Shown one piece after another: positions 55,335 to 64,000 of a DNA stretch of 64,000 nucleotides. The notes beneath the pieces are model-generated. The model saw only the letters and a list, made by a program, of their open reading frames with translations, did not search any database and had not been told where the DNA came from. The stretch lies in the NCBI GenBank assembly GCA_023267275.1, contig JAHFNO010000005.1, forward strand, positions 9,462 through 73,461, given 5' to 3'. Source of the DNA: Candidatus Nomurabacteria bacterium (lineage in GTDB: Bacteria; Patescibacteriota; Minisyncoccia; Phycocordibacterales; UBA9973). Made by a program: the position numbers and the translations under genes. The stretch's first letter is position 1. Each line of letters starts with the position of its first letter.

Positions 55335-55925
55335 ATGAATGACAAAAAAGTATTTATGGTGCACGGATTTCGAGGAGAGCCCAATGGAGGATGGCGTCCT
55401 TGGCTTATGGGTCAGCTCGCAAAAGCGGATGTGTATGCGTGTGCTCTTCCAATGCCAACACCAAGCGATCCAATCAAAGAAGAATGGATTAAAGAAATAC
55501 AGCACGCCATTCCAAACCCCAATGAAGATATTTTTCTCGTTGGACACAGTCTTGGAGTGCCTGCAATTTTAAACTATCTTGAGTCTTTACCAGAAGGGGC
55601 TAAGATTGGCGGAGCAGTGCTTGTTTCTGGACCAATCGAAAAAATTGATACTGAAAATCCTGATTCAAAATTGAGAAAAATCGATCATTTTTTTCACGAT
55701 TTCGATTTTAATAAAATTAAAAATTCTTGTTTACAATTTTCTGTTATTCACGGAGATAATGACCCGAAAGTTGTTTTTGAAAACCACGCGATACCTCTTT
55801 CAGAAAAACTTTCTTGTGAGCTGATTTCTATTCCGAACGGAGGTCATTTAAATGGTAATTCGGGATGGTACGAACTTCCTGAAGCATTTACTGCATTGAT
55901 GCATTTCCTAACACCTAACACCTAA
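55335..55925 (+). CDS. RBBP9/YdeN-family alpha/beta serine hydrolase
   Basis: VFMVHGFRGEP...WRPWL...LVGHSLG (nucleophile elbow), C-terminal His region. Confidence 0.7.
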   Translation: MNDKKVFMVHGFRGEPNGGWRPWLMGQLAKADVYACALPMPTPSDPIKEEWIKEIQHAIPNPNEDIFLVGHSLGVPAILNYLESLPEGAKIGGAVLVSGPIEKIDTENPDSKLRKIDHFFHDFDFNKIKNSCLQFSVIHGDNDPKVVFENHAIPLSEKLSCELISIPNGGHLNGNSGWYELPEAFTALMHFLTPNT

Positions 55926-55944
55926 AACCTAGCACCTGTATTCT

Positions 55945-56523
55945 ATGCATCACATTCATCACAGCGAAGCTTTTGTGCTTGGTTCTCGACCGAAAGGGGA
56001 GGATTCAAAAATACTTATTCTCTATACTCGTGAACTCGGGCTCATTTATGCGCATGCGCAAGGTATCCGAAAAATTTCTTCGAAGCTCCGTTTTGTATTG
56101 CAAGATTTTGCTCGCGTGCAAGTAGATCTGGTTCGCGGAAAAGAAATTTGGCGTCTCACGACGGCGTCGCCGATTGCCTCACACAAAGAAATTTCTCGTT
56201 CACCCAAAGCTGAGCGCATCGTTGCACATATCGCTTCGCTTCTTATTCGACTAGTCACAGGGGAGGAAGCCAACGAAGAAGTTTTTCGCGCAATCACTCG
56301 TGCGTATGATTTACTTGCCTCGTCAAATGACACGACAGATTATCGTGTCATCGAATTGCTTTCCGTAGCACGCATTCTTGTGGCGCTCGGCTATATTTCC
56401 CGTGATGTGCTTGGTGTTGAAGAGGAAGGTACTCACGAGGCACCAAAAGCATTTGCAGATATTGCGTACCAACATCGCCTTATTCGTGATATCAATCAGG
56501 CACTCTCGGCGAGTCAATTGTAG
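55945..56523 (+). CDS. recO: DNA repair protein RecO
   Basis: EAFVLGSRPKGEDSKILILYTRELGLIYAHAQGIRK.SSKLR matches the RecO N-terminal OB-fold signature. Confidence 0.7.
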   Translation: MHHIHHSEAFVLGSRPKGEDSKILILYTRELGLIYAHAQGIRKISSKLRFVLQDFARVQVDLVRGKEIWRLTTASPIASHKEISRSPKAERIVAHIASLLIRLVTGEEANEEVFRAITRAYDLLASSNDTTDYRVIELLSVARILVALGYISRDVLGVEEEGTHEAPKAFADIAYQHRLIRDINQALSASQL

Positions 56524-56605
56524 TTGAAGGTTTATAAAGTCCATAAAGTTTGTAAAGTGAACTCAAATCCAAATAAAGCCTTAACTTGTAAGGGTTTATT
56601 GAGCT

Positions 56606-56640
56606 ATTGACAAAATAGGCATATTGGTGATATAATATAA
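56606..56640 (+). promoter_or_regulatory. Strong sigma70-like promoter upstream of the DGR target gene
   Basis: TTGACA-N18-TATAAT (ttgacaaaataggcatattggtgatataat). Followed by nested inverted repeats gttagaaaaatca...tgatttttctaac. Confidence 0.5.
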
Positions 56641-56778
56641 AAAAAGTAAAAGACTTTGAAAAAAGTTAGAAAAATCAAAGGATTTGATTTTAAAAATTGA
56701 ATTTTTTGATTTTTCTAACCAATAAAACAAGTCCCCGTAAAATAGCTTAAATCATAGCGACGATAGCGAGGCAAAAAC

Positions 56779-57450
56779 ATGAAGCCAACAACACTAGGCC
56801 AAATCGGACAGTTGCTTATGATGATAAGCAACCTATTTGTAACAATGCTTACCGAAAAGAGCAAGAAAATTTCGGAAATTGATGGTGATAAAATTCAGTC
56901 TGCCATTGATATTTCTGATAAAGAAAATTTTCTTTCTGAGTTTATCAAATGGATCAATAATGAATGCAAACTAACCTATCAACTGGTCAACGGCTTCGTG
57001 TTTGGAAATGTATTCAAACATCGCGCTGAAACAGGCGACAAAAGGTTGTACTTCGGTGACAATTACAGAGACTGGTGCGTGATACCAAATCTGAAAAAAT
57101 TTATTTCTATCCGTGAACTTGGTAAACCGAACGAATACAGGTTGCCAAAGAACATGAAGGATAGCGAAATTCAAACAGTCACTGGTAATCCGGGCAATAT
57201 GGATTTTGAAGCATATTCTATTTTGAAATACATACTTATCTTTCAGCCTGAACTCGCCGAGCAATTCTTGGGCGGATATAAGTTGAGCAAAAAAGAATGG
57301 TATGTCATGCACGTAGAACTTCCGGATGGCCGTTTGGTCTCCGTGGACCTGGGCTGGGTTGGCGACGCGTGGGGCTTCGATGCGTTCTCGCTTGGCGGCC
57401 ACACGTGGTTTGAGGGCTACTTGTTCCTCTCTTTCGCTACTAGAAAGTAG
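56779..57450 (+). CDS. DGR target (variable) protein; VR encodes its C-terminal ~32 residues
   Basis: C-terminal DNA 57345-57441 is the adenine-mismatch partner of the TR at 57744-57850. Protein otherwise hypothetical. Confidence 0.7.
   Translation: MKPTTLGQIGQLLMMISNLFVTMLTEKSKKISEIDGDKIQSAIDISDKENFLSEFIKWINNECKLTYQLVNGFVFGNVFKHRAETGDKRLYFGDNYRDWCVIPNLKKFISIRELGKPNEYRLPKNMKDSEIQTVTGNPGNMDFEAYSILKYILIFQPELAEQFLGGYKLSKKEWYVMHVELPDGRLVSVDLGWVGDAWGFDAFSLGGHTWFEGYLFLSFATRK
57345..57441 (+). repeat. DGR variable region (VR)
   Basis: About 105-nt alignment to the TR with 19 mismatches, every one at a TR adenine (AAC->GGC, AAT->GTT/TTT, GAG->GCG, TAC->TTC, GAA->GCT and others). Identical 3' block ttgttcctctctttcg. 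Followed by the hairpin gctact-agaa-agtagc overlapping the stop codon. Confidence 0.85.
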
Positions 57451-57743
57451 CTTTGTTACTGTGTTAAATTATAGAACCTTTGATTCTTTGAATCTTAGGT
57501 TCTTTTTATATATACTCAAGCACGATACTACAAGATTTCTCGGAATCAAATCTTAGAAACGAGTATCAAGGATTTGTATAGTTTAGAATTGTGCTGGAAT
57601 ATTCTTGCATAAGTGCAACATGCAAATTCTCATACATATATTATTCATTAGGTGCGATACTCTCGCGTATTTTATATACGGTATACATATACAGGAATGA
57701 TGTAGTTCATCATCTGGTGGTACAGATGGGGTATCGCACAAGA

Positions 57744-57850
57744 GTGGTCTCCGTGAACCTGAACTGGAATGACGACGAGTGGAACTTCAATGCGTACTCG
57801 CTTGACGACAACACGTGGAATGAGGGCAACTTGTTCCTCTCTTTCGAAAC
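57744..57850 (+). repeat. DGR template repeat (TR)
   Basis: A-rich and AAC-codon-rich cognate of the VR. The ORF-track entry 57591-57872 merely spans it. Immediately followed by a strong hairpin terminator. Confidence 0.85.
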
Positions 57851-57867
57851 TGGAGATATTTTCAAAG

Positions 57868-57905
57868 CATGACCCGCGTTAGCGGGTCATGCTTTGTTTT
57901 TGCCT
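57868..57905. terminator. Bidirectional hairpin terminator after the TR
   Basis: gcatgacccgc-gtta-gcgggtcatgc followed by tttgttttt. Confidence 0.6.
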
Positions 57906-58280
57906 GTCAATTTTTTCATTCGTCTTATTTTTCCAACCACCAAGAATTCTACCCACTTCTTGAATTTTTTCGGATAGTTCGGCGTATGGTTTATCTTTGA
58001 TAAGCTTGTTTTCCCATGCGATTTGGAGAAAGTATTTCAGTAAATCATTTTTGTTTATTGCAGTCACAATGAGAGGACTTTTGTTTTCGAGAGTGGCATA
58101 ATATGCTTGATAGATGACTTCAAGCAAATCTAAAAAATGCGTTTCAATTCTCGCTCCGGTTGTGTATCGGGAAGTCCTTGGCATATGAGGAACGACAGTA
58201 TTCGTCCACAATGCGAATGCTTCCTTGGCTCTCATGACTACACTTGCATTATCGAGAGAGAGAGAGTAAGGTTGCATCAT
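57879..58280 (-). CDS. avd: Avd-like four-helix-bundle protein (23S rRNA IVS-protein family), DGR accessory variability determinant
   Basis: ARIETHFLDLLEVIYQAYYA...LLKYFLQIAWENKLI...YAELSEKIQEVGRILGGW matches the four-helix-bundle IVS/Avd family. Divergent from and abutting the RT gene. Confidence 0.65.
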   Translation of the reverse strand: MMQPYSLSLDNASVVMRAKEAFALWTNTVVPHMPRTSRYTTGARIETHFLDLLEVIYQAYYATLENKSPLIVTAINKNDLLKYFLQIAWENKLIKDKPYAELSEKIQEVGRILGGWKNKTNEKIDRQKQSMTR

Positions 58281-59309
58281 AATTTTGCCAGTATAACATC
58301 TCTTGAAAATATTTTGATTTCATGGAGAGAGTTTTTGTGTGGAAAAAAGAAACGTAAAGATGTGGGTATATTTGCGATGCGACTATCTGATAATCTTATA
58401 TCACTTTCGTTTGAGTTAAAAAATAAAACATATGTTCATCAAGGATATGTCGCATTTAGGATTAATGATCCCAAACCACGGGACATTCATAAGGCGAGTG
58501 TGCGTGATAGGCTTGTACACCATGCGATACATAGAATTTCATACCCATATTTTGACCAGAAATTCGATTTCAATTCTTTTTCTTGCAGAAAATGTAAGGG
58601 TACACACAAAGCACTGTATCGTTTTGAAAAATTCAGTAATATCGTCTCAAAAAACGACACTCGCACCTGTTGGGTATTGAAATGCGACATCAGAAAATTC
58701 TTTGCGAATATCGATCACACAATTTTGAAAGAAATTCTGGCAAAGCATATAGAAGACGTAGACATTCTTTGGTTGTTCGGAGTAGTGATTGATAGCTTCA
58801 ATACAAAATGCACCACCCCACCACTCCTCATTCAGCAGAATGACCCTGGGGGTAAAGTACAGGAGGGGAAAACACAAAGAAAAAAAGGATTGCCACTCGG
58901 CAATCTCACTTCGCAACTTCTTGTGAATATCTATATGAACGAATTTGACCAGTATATGAAGCGAGAATTGAAAGTGAAACATTACATCCGCTATGCTGAT
59001 GATTTTGTAATATTAAGTGAGGATAAAACATATTTAGAAAATTTACTACCACAAATTGCAGAATTTTTGGGAACAAAACTTAAACTCTCACTTCATCCTG
59101 ACAAAGTGTTTATCAAAACACTCGCATCCGGTGTAGATTTTCTCGGTTGGGTACATTTTCCGAATCATCGAGTTCTCCGTACTGCGACCAAACGGAGAAT
59201 GGTGAAGAATATACGGAAAAATACAAAACCAGAAACGCTTGCTTCATACAAGGGAATGCTGAGTCATGGGAATGGGTATAAACTCACGCAACAGATTGAA
59301 AGAATTTAA
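58137..59309 (+). CDS. DGR reverse transcriptase; 5' boundary uncertain
   Basis: RT motifs: LPLGNLTSQLLVNIY ([ILV]GxxxSQ, a DGR-RT signature), YADDFVIL (YxDD); N-terminal ITSLENILISWREFLCGKKKRKDV resembles the bRT N-terminus. The listed ORF start overlaps avd. True start probably an alternative TTG near 58272 or ATG at 58185. Confidence 0.85.
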   Translation: MRFNSRSGCVSGSPWHMRNDSIRPQCECFLGSHDYTCIIERERVRLHHNFASITSLENILISWREFLCGKKKRKDVGIFAMRLSDNLISLSFELKNKTYVHQGYVAFRINDPKPRDIHKASVRDRLVHHAIHRISYPYFDQKFDFNSFSCRKCKGTHKALYRFEKFSNIVSKNDTRTCWVLKCDIRKFFANIDHTILKEILAKHIEDVDILWLFGVVIDSFNTKCTTPPLLIQQNDPGGKVQEGKTQRKKGLPLGNLTSQLLVNIYMNEFDQYMKRELKVKHYIRYADDFVILSEDKTYLENLLPQIAEFLGTKLKLSLHPDKVFIKTLASGVDFLGWVHFPNHRVLRTATKRRMVKNIRKNTKPETLASYKGMLSHGNGYKLTQQIERI

Positions 59310-59350
59310 TTTTGTTCATTGATTTTATGTTCTCGTGATATTATGACTAT

Positions 59351-61279
59351 ATGGGAGATGAGCAAAACGAATGGAATGCCGTGCATAATTTAGATGAAGT
59401 AAACGACCGATTGTATCGGCGTGATTTGGCTGGGCGAGTGGTACCACGAGCCGATGTGTTACATCAAAAACCAGAGCCTACGCCACGTGATTGGAACGAA
59501 GATACTATGAAAAAAAGTAAATTAGGAAATATAAAAATACACCACTCATTCTTCCGCAAATTCTTTTTTGTTTCGCTCGGATTTGCCGGAGTTGCGATTT
59601 TGTTTGCTGTCATCATGTTTTTTACCGGAGGCAATACTGTTTCGAATGCAAACATTGATATCAATGTTTTGGGTAATTCATTTACCGCTGGGGGAGAGGA
59701 ACTTCCACTGCAGGTAGAAGTAGTAAACAAAAATGCGAGCGCGCTCGAACTCTCAGATCTTTTTGTGGAATACGACAAGGGTGGCGATGCAACAAGTGGA
59801 GCAAGTCATGTGCGTGATTTGAATTCACTGGGTACTATCGATGCGGGAAAAACCGCAACCAAAAGTTTTTTTGTGACACTCTATGGTGAACAAGGAAGTA
59901 CAAAAAATGTTGATTTCACTTTGCAATATCGTTTGCATGGATCAAATGCAATTTTCGTAAAGAAGACGAGCTTTGTGGTGACGATAAATTCTGCACCTGT
60001 ATCACTTTCAGTAGATGGCCCAAAAACAATCACACCAAATCAAATGCTCACTTTTACAGTGAAGACGGTTTCAAATAGTAAGAATACACTTTCTGGAATG
60101 TTGCTTCATGTCGACTATCCAACTGGATTCAATTTTCAAAAAGCAGTGCCTGACGCAAACGCATTCAACAATGTGTGGAATCTCGGCGACCTTGCTCCTG
60201 GTGCTGAACGCGATATTGTTATTACTGGTACGGTATACGGACAAGATGGGGAAGATCGTGCATTTCATGTTTACACTGGCGCAGTAAGTGCTGACGATGC
60301 GACAAAGATTGGCGTTACATACAATTCATTGTTGCAAACCGTTTCTCTCGTGAAGCCATTTCTTGCTACACATTTGTCGATCAATGGATCAACAATCGAC
60401 CCAACTCCTGTGGGAAGTGGTAGTAACATAACTGTGGCTGTGACATATGCAAACAATTTGCCGACTCGTGTGACCGATGCATCTATCACTGTGCAGCTTT
60501 CTGGAAATGCATTGAATGCAGATAGTATTACGGTGCCAAAAGGATTTTATGATTCTGCAAAAAATACTATAACGTGGAATAAAACAACCGATGCTGATTT
60601 GGCCTCGATTGAACCTTCGGATCAAGGTGTGCTCAATTTTACATTAAGGACATTGCCACTCTGGTCTGCAGGATCAACACTTTCAAAACCAACAATAAAA
60701 CTCTCAGCAAGTATTACTGGTAAACAACCAGATCAAGGAGGCACAACAAATACCGTGACTGATTTTGAGGAAAAGACAGCGATTGTCGATTCTGATCTTG
60801 GATTTACTGGCGGTGCTTCATATGCGGCTGGACCATTTTCAAACACTGGACCGATTCCTCCAAAAGCAAACCAACCAACAACATACACAATCACCTGGAC
60901 GGTAACCAATTCTGCAAATGCGCTTGCCGACGGTCTTGCAACGGCAACATTGCCTACATATGTGGATTGGGTAGGAACAATCAGCCCAGCAAGCGAATCA
61001 CTTCAATATGATGCAACGACGAGCACGATTCGCTGGAATTTTGGACAGGTTCCAGCAGGAGCGGGAATTTCTGGTGCTTCACGAAGTGTTTCTTTCCAGG
61101 TACGTCTCAATCCATCTACATCTCAAGCGGGAAGTGTTCCAAAACTTGTGCTTGATACGACGGTTTCTGCTCGTGATACCTTTACTGGCACAATATTGAA
61201 TCTCACACGTGGGGCAATCTCAACTCAGTTGCAGAATGATCCTGGTTTTCCAGCCAATGGACAGACTGTGACTAAGTGA
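59351..61279 (+). CDS. Large membrane-anchored beta-rich surface protein, hypothetical
   Basis: Single N-proximal TM helix, then ~560 aa of Thr/Ser/Asn/Gly-rich beta-repeat-like sequence. No VR-like match to the TR. Confidence 0.55.
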   Translation: MGDEQNEWNAVHNLDEVNDRLYRRDLAGRVVPRADVLHQKPEPTPRDWNEDTMKKSKLGNIKIHHSFFRKFFFVSLGFAGVAILFAVIMFFTGGNTVSNANIDINVLGNSFTAGGEELPLQVEVVNKNASALELSDLFVEYDKGGDATSGASHVRDLNSLGTIDAGKTATKSFFVTLYGEQGSTKNVDFTLQYRLHGSNAIFVKKTSFVVTINSAPVSLSVDGPKTITPNQMLTFTVKTVSNSKNTLSGMLLHVDYPTGFNFQKAVPDANAFNNVWNLGDLAPGAERDIVITGTVYGQDGEDRAFHVYTGAVSADDATKIGVTYNSLLQTVSLVKPFLATHLSINGSTIDPTPVGSGSNITVAVTYANNLPTRVTDASITVQLSGNALNADSITVPKGFYDSAKNTITWNKTTDADLASIEPSDQGVLNFTLRTLPLWSAGSTLSKPTIKLSASITGKQPDQGGTTNTVTDFEEKTAIVDSDLGFTGGASYAAGPFSNTGPIPPKANQPTTYTITWTVTNSANALADGLATATLPTYVDWVGTISPASESLQYDATTSTIRWNFGQVPAGAGISGASRSVSFQVRLNPSTSQAGSVPKLVLDTTVSARDTFTGTILNLTRGAISTQLQNDPGFPANGQTVTK

Positions 61280-61282
61280 CAT

Positions 61283-61315
61283 GTACTCATGTCATCCTGA
61301 ATTTATTTCAGGATC
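61283..61315. repeat. REP-like hairpin
   Basis: catgtcatcctgaa-tttat-ttcaggatccatg. Confidence 0.55.
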
Positions 61316-61359
61316 CATGATTTTGGTATAAATTCAAAAAATGGTAGGGTAATAGCAGT

Positions 61360-62757
61360 ATGGAAAATCAATCAGAAAATCTAACAGAAAAAGTGGTTAA
61401 TCTCGCAAAGCGACGAGGCTTTGTTTTTGCTGGCTCTGAAATATATGGTGGGTTTGCCGGCACGTACGATTGGGGTCCACTTGGAGTGGCATTGAAAAAT
61501 AATGTAATCAAAGCCTGGACAGATGCTATGCAGGATCATACGAATATTGTATTCCTTGATTCAAGTATTTTTACTTCTGGAAAAGTATGGGAAGCCTCTG
61601 GTCATGTTTCGGGATTTTCAGATCCGCTCGTTATTTGTAATTCCTGCCACGAAAAAGTCCGCGCAGATCATTTGCTTGAAGGTATCGGGGTTACCGCAGA
61701 TGAAAAATTGAGTGAAGAAGCTATCAATGCATTATTTGATGAAAATCGTTCCAAGCTGAAATGTCCTAAGTGCGGAGCAAATGATTTCGGTCAAGTGCGC
61801 GCAAAAAATCTTCTTGCTACTTCAAATCTCGGTATGTTTGAATCCGACGATGCACAGGTGTATCTTCGTGGAGAAACAGCCCAGGGAATATTCATTAATT
61901 ACAAAAATGTTCTTGATAGTGGTTTTAACAGTATTCCATTCGGTATAGCACAGATCGGAAAAGCTTTTCGCAATGAAATTAGTCCACGACAGTTTCTTTT
62001 TCGAAAGCGCGAATTTGAACAGATGGAAATGCAGTATTTTCTCAAGGAATCCGAAGCTATGGAAGCTTATGAGTCTTGGAAAAATGAGCGTCTGAATTAT
62101 TATTACAAACTCGGAATCAAAAAAGACAAATTGCGATTGAAACCGCATGAAAATCTTGTTTTTTATGCAAAGGCTGCATGCGACATTGAATACGAATATC
62201 CGTTTGGATGGGGCGAGCTTGAAGGCATTCATTATCGTGGCAATTACGATCTCTCACAGCATCAGAAATTTTCTGGCGTCGACATGTCATATTATGACGA
62301 GGAGACAAAAGAGCGATATATTCCGCATGTTATAGAAACGTCAGTTGGTGTTGATCGTACTGTTTTTATGGCACTTTGCGATGCATATACAGAAGACACT
62401 CTCGGGGAAAGTACTCGCATTGTTTTAAAATTGCCACCAAAACTTGCTCCAGTGATATGCGCAGTCTCGCCACTTTTAAAGAATAAGCCCGATCTTGTTG
62501 TAAAAGCGCAAGAAGTATTCCGAGTTCTCAAAAAAGAATTCGGTCGCGTAATGTGGGACGACAACGGCAACATTGGTAAGCGCTATCGCAGACAAGATGA
62601 GATTGGTACGCCATGGTGTATCGTAATCGACTTCGACACACTTGGTGAAGAACATCCTGAACTTAAAGATACAGTTACTGTTCGTAATCGCGATACGGGA
62701 AATCAAGAACGAGTAGCAATCACAGATTTGATTTCAAAAATCAAAGAAAATCTGTAA
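61360..62757 (+). CDS. glyQS: Glycine--tRNA ligase (alpha2 dimeric, archaeal/eukaryal-like type)
   Basis: RRGFVFAGSEIYGGFAGTYDWGPLG, class II motifs, C-terminal anticodon-binding domain. Confidence 0.95.
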   Translation: MENQSENLTEKVVNLAKRRGFVFAGSEIYGGFAGTYDWGPLGVALKNNVIKAWTDAMQDHTNIVFLDSSIFTSGKVWEASGHVSGFSDPLVICNSCHEKVRADHLLEGIGVTADEKLSEEAINALFDENRSKLKCPKCGANDFGQVRAKNLLATSNLGMFESDDAQVYLRGETAQGIFINYKNVLDSGFNSIPFGIAQIGKAFRNEISPRQFLFRKREFEQMEMQYFLKESEAMEAYESWKNERLNYYYKLGIKKDKLRLKPHENLVFYAKAACDIEYEYPFGWGELEGIHYRGNYDLSQHQKFSGVDMSYYDEETKERYIPHVIETSVGVDRTVFMALCDAYTEDTLGESTRIVLKLPPKLAPVICAVSPLLKNKPDLVVKAQEVFRVLKKEFGRVMWDDNGNIGKRYRRQDEIGTPWCIVIDFDTLGEEHPELKDTVTVRNRDTGNQERVAITDLISKIKENL

Positions 62758-62762
62758 ATTCT

Positions 62763-63008
62763 ATGAAAAATATCTTGATTGTTTTTCTAATATTACTTTC
62801 AGTTACACTTGGTTTTTTTACCTATAAATATAATCGGGAAGCGAGAAAATATTCTGTTTCAGAAAATAATTTTTTTAATCAAAGTTTGAAAAACGAAGAT
62901 AATAAAATTTGGCTTAGTTCTTGCTTAAACAAGCTTGATTCCGAAATTATTGCGTTTAATAATCACTCTTTGTCGCAACTTCAAACTAGTTTTGATTTGT
63001 GCAATTAA
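62763..63008 (+). CDS. Small membrane-anchored hypothetical protein
   Basis: 81 aa with an N-terminal TM helix. Confidence 0.4.
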   Translation: MKNILIVFLILLSVTLGFFTYKYNREARKYSVSENNFFNQSLKNEDNKIWLSSCLNKLDSEIIAFNNHSLSQLQTSFDLCN

Positions 63009-63023
63009 TCAACCTTAATTAGT

Positions 63024-64000
63024 ATGCAATACACAAAAACGAAACTTAAAAATGGACTTCGTGTGATTACCGTTCCGATGAAGGACAATCCAACGGTGAC
63101 CGTGCTGGTACTCGTGGAAACTGGTTCAAAATACGAAACAAAGGCCAAAAATGGTATATCTCACTTTCTTGAGCATATGTGCTTTAAAGGTACAGAAATG
63201 CGCCCTTCAGCCCATGCTATCTCTGCCGAGCTCGATGGCTTAGGCAGTCAGTCCAATGCGTTTACCGGACAGGAATATACTGGCTATTATGCGAAAAGTG
63301 ACGCGAAGCATTTCAAACAAATCTTTGATGTTGTTTCCGATATTTATCTCAACTCCACATTTCCAGAAGGAGAAATCGAAAAAGAAAAAGGCGTGATTGT
63401 AGAGGAAATCAATATGTATGAAGATATGCCACAACGCCACGTGCAGGATGTGTTTATGGAATTGCTCTACGGCAATCAACCTGCAGGATGGAATATTGCT
63501 GGTACACGAGAAAATGTTCGTGCGATGACTCGCAAAGATTTTGTCGAATACAAAAAGGCACACTACGTTCCAAAAGCTACAACAGTGATTGTTTCTGGAA
63601 AAGTAAAAGAGGCAGATGTGCAAAAAGAAATTGCACGTGTGTTCGGTGGACTGAAATCTGCAGCAAAATCTTCAAAAGTAATTACAAAAGATATTCAGAA
63701 AAAACCCGCAGTGCTTGTGTCTCACAAAAAATCTGATCAAACACACCTTGTGCTTGGTGTGCGCAGTTTCAATACACATGACAAACGAAATGCCGCGCTC
63801 ACAGTCCTAAGTACTGTTCTCGGTGGGGGAATGAGTTCACGACTTTTCATAAAGCTACGCGAAGAACTCGGTGTAGCATATTATGTTCGAGCAATGAATG
63901 ACACATATTCCGATCATGGAGTATTTCAAATTTCTGCAGGTGTCTCAAACGATCGTGTAAAAGAAGTTGTTCGCGAAATTCTTGCCGAATGTGCTCGATT
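63024..64000 (+). CDS. M16-family zinc peptidase (insulinase/pitrilysin-like), 5' portion; continues past window end
   Basis: ATG at 63024: MQYTKTKLKNGLRVITVPM...GISHFLEHMCFKGT contains the inverted zinc motif HxxEH. Open to nt 64000. Not in the ORF track because no stop lies in the window. Confidence 0.8.
   Translation, partial: MQYTKTKLKNGLRVITVPMKDNPTVTVLVLVETGSKYETKAKNGISHFLEHMCFKGTEMRPSAHAISAELDGLGSQSNAFTGQEYTGYYAKSDAKHFKQIFDVVSDIYLNSTFPEGEIEKEKGVIVEEINMYEDMPQRHVQDVFMELLYGNQPAGWNIAGTRENVRAMTRKDFVEYKKAHYVPKATTVIVSGKVKEADVQKEIARVFGGLKSAAKSSKVITKDIQKKPAVLVSHKKSDQTHLVLGVRSFNTHDKRNAALTVLSTVLGGGMSSRLFIKLREELGVAYYVRAMNDTYSDHGVFQISAGVSNDRVKEVVREILAECAR

Noticed and set aside
54998-55547. Minus-strand ORFs translating to VLVFYCSIVLLFYCS... 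repeats
   Set aside because: They are translations of the 8-bp tandem array (55181-55322) and overlap the real plus-strand genes. Artefacts of the repeat.
57591-57872. ORF-track CDS (93 aa) covering the region downstream of the DGR target gene
   Set aside because: Its only meaningful part is the template repeat. The upstream 45 codons are low-complexity junk without a start context. Treated as the DGR TR, not a protein gene.
59351-61279. The large surface protein downstream of the RT as a second DGR target
   Set aside because: Its 3' end shares only an 8-mer (acacgtgg) with the TR, and no adenine-specific mismatch alignment exists.

Overview
This is a low-GC, gene-dense bacterial window. 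The many small hypothetical proteins, a type IV pilin, dispersed hairpin repeats and a diversity-generating retroelement suggest a reduced-genome, CPR/Patescibacteria-like organism; that placement is inference only. Recognisable content: three tRNAs (Arg-TCT, Val-TAC, Leu-GAG); a LAGLIDADG and an HNH homing endonuclease; a copper-homeostasis island (cupredoxin, MsrB, CsoR with its operator palindrome, CopA, HMA-membrane protein); a cobalamin-related block (membrane transporter-like protein, class II RNR NrdJ, PduO adenosyltransferase, histidine phosphatase, a cobalamin riboswitch, DUF4430 and alpha/alpha-toroid surface proteins); housekeeping genes (rplS, secE, nusG, rplK, dcd, folA, thyA, glyA, tmk, dut, argS, ileS with a T-box leader, glyQS, recO); and a RelE/ParE toxin-antitoxin pair. 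The strongest system is a complete diversity-generating retroelement at 56.8-59.3 kb: target gene with a 3' variable region, a template repeat whose 19 mismatches to the variable region all fall on template adenines, an Avd-like four-helix-bundle gene, and a reverse transcriptase with an LGNLTSQ motif. Other notable items are a minimal PARP-like ADP-ribosyltransferase paired with a coiled-coil protein, an IleS carrying an embedded histidine-phosphatase domain, several dispersed repeat families (a ~90-nt element, REP-like hairpins, an 8-bp tandem array), and paralogous structured elements next to the tRNAs.
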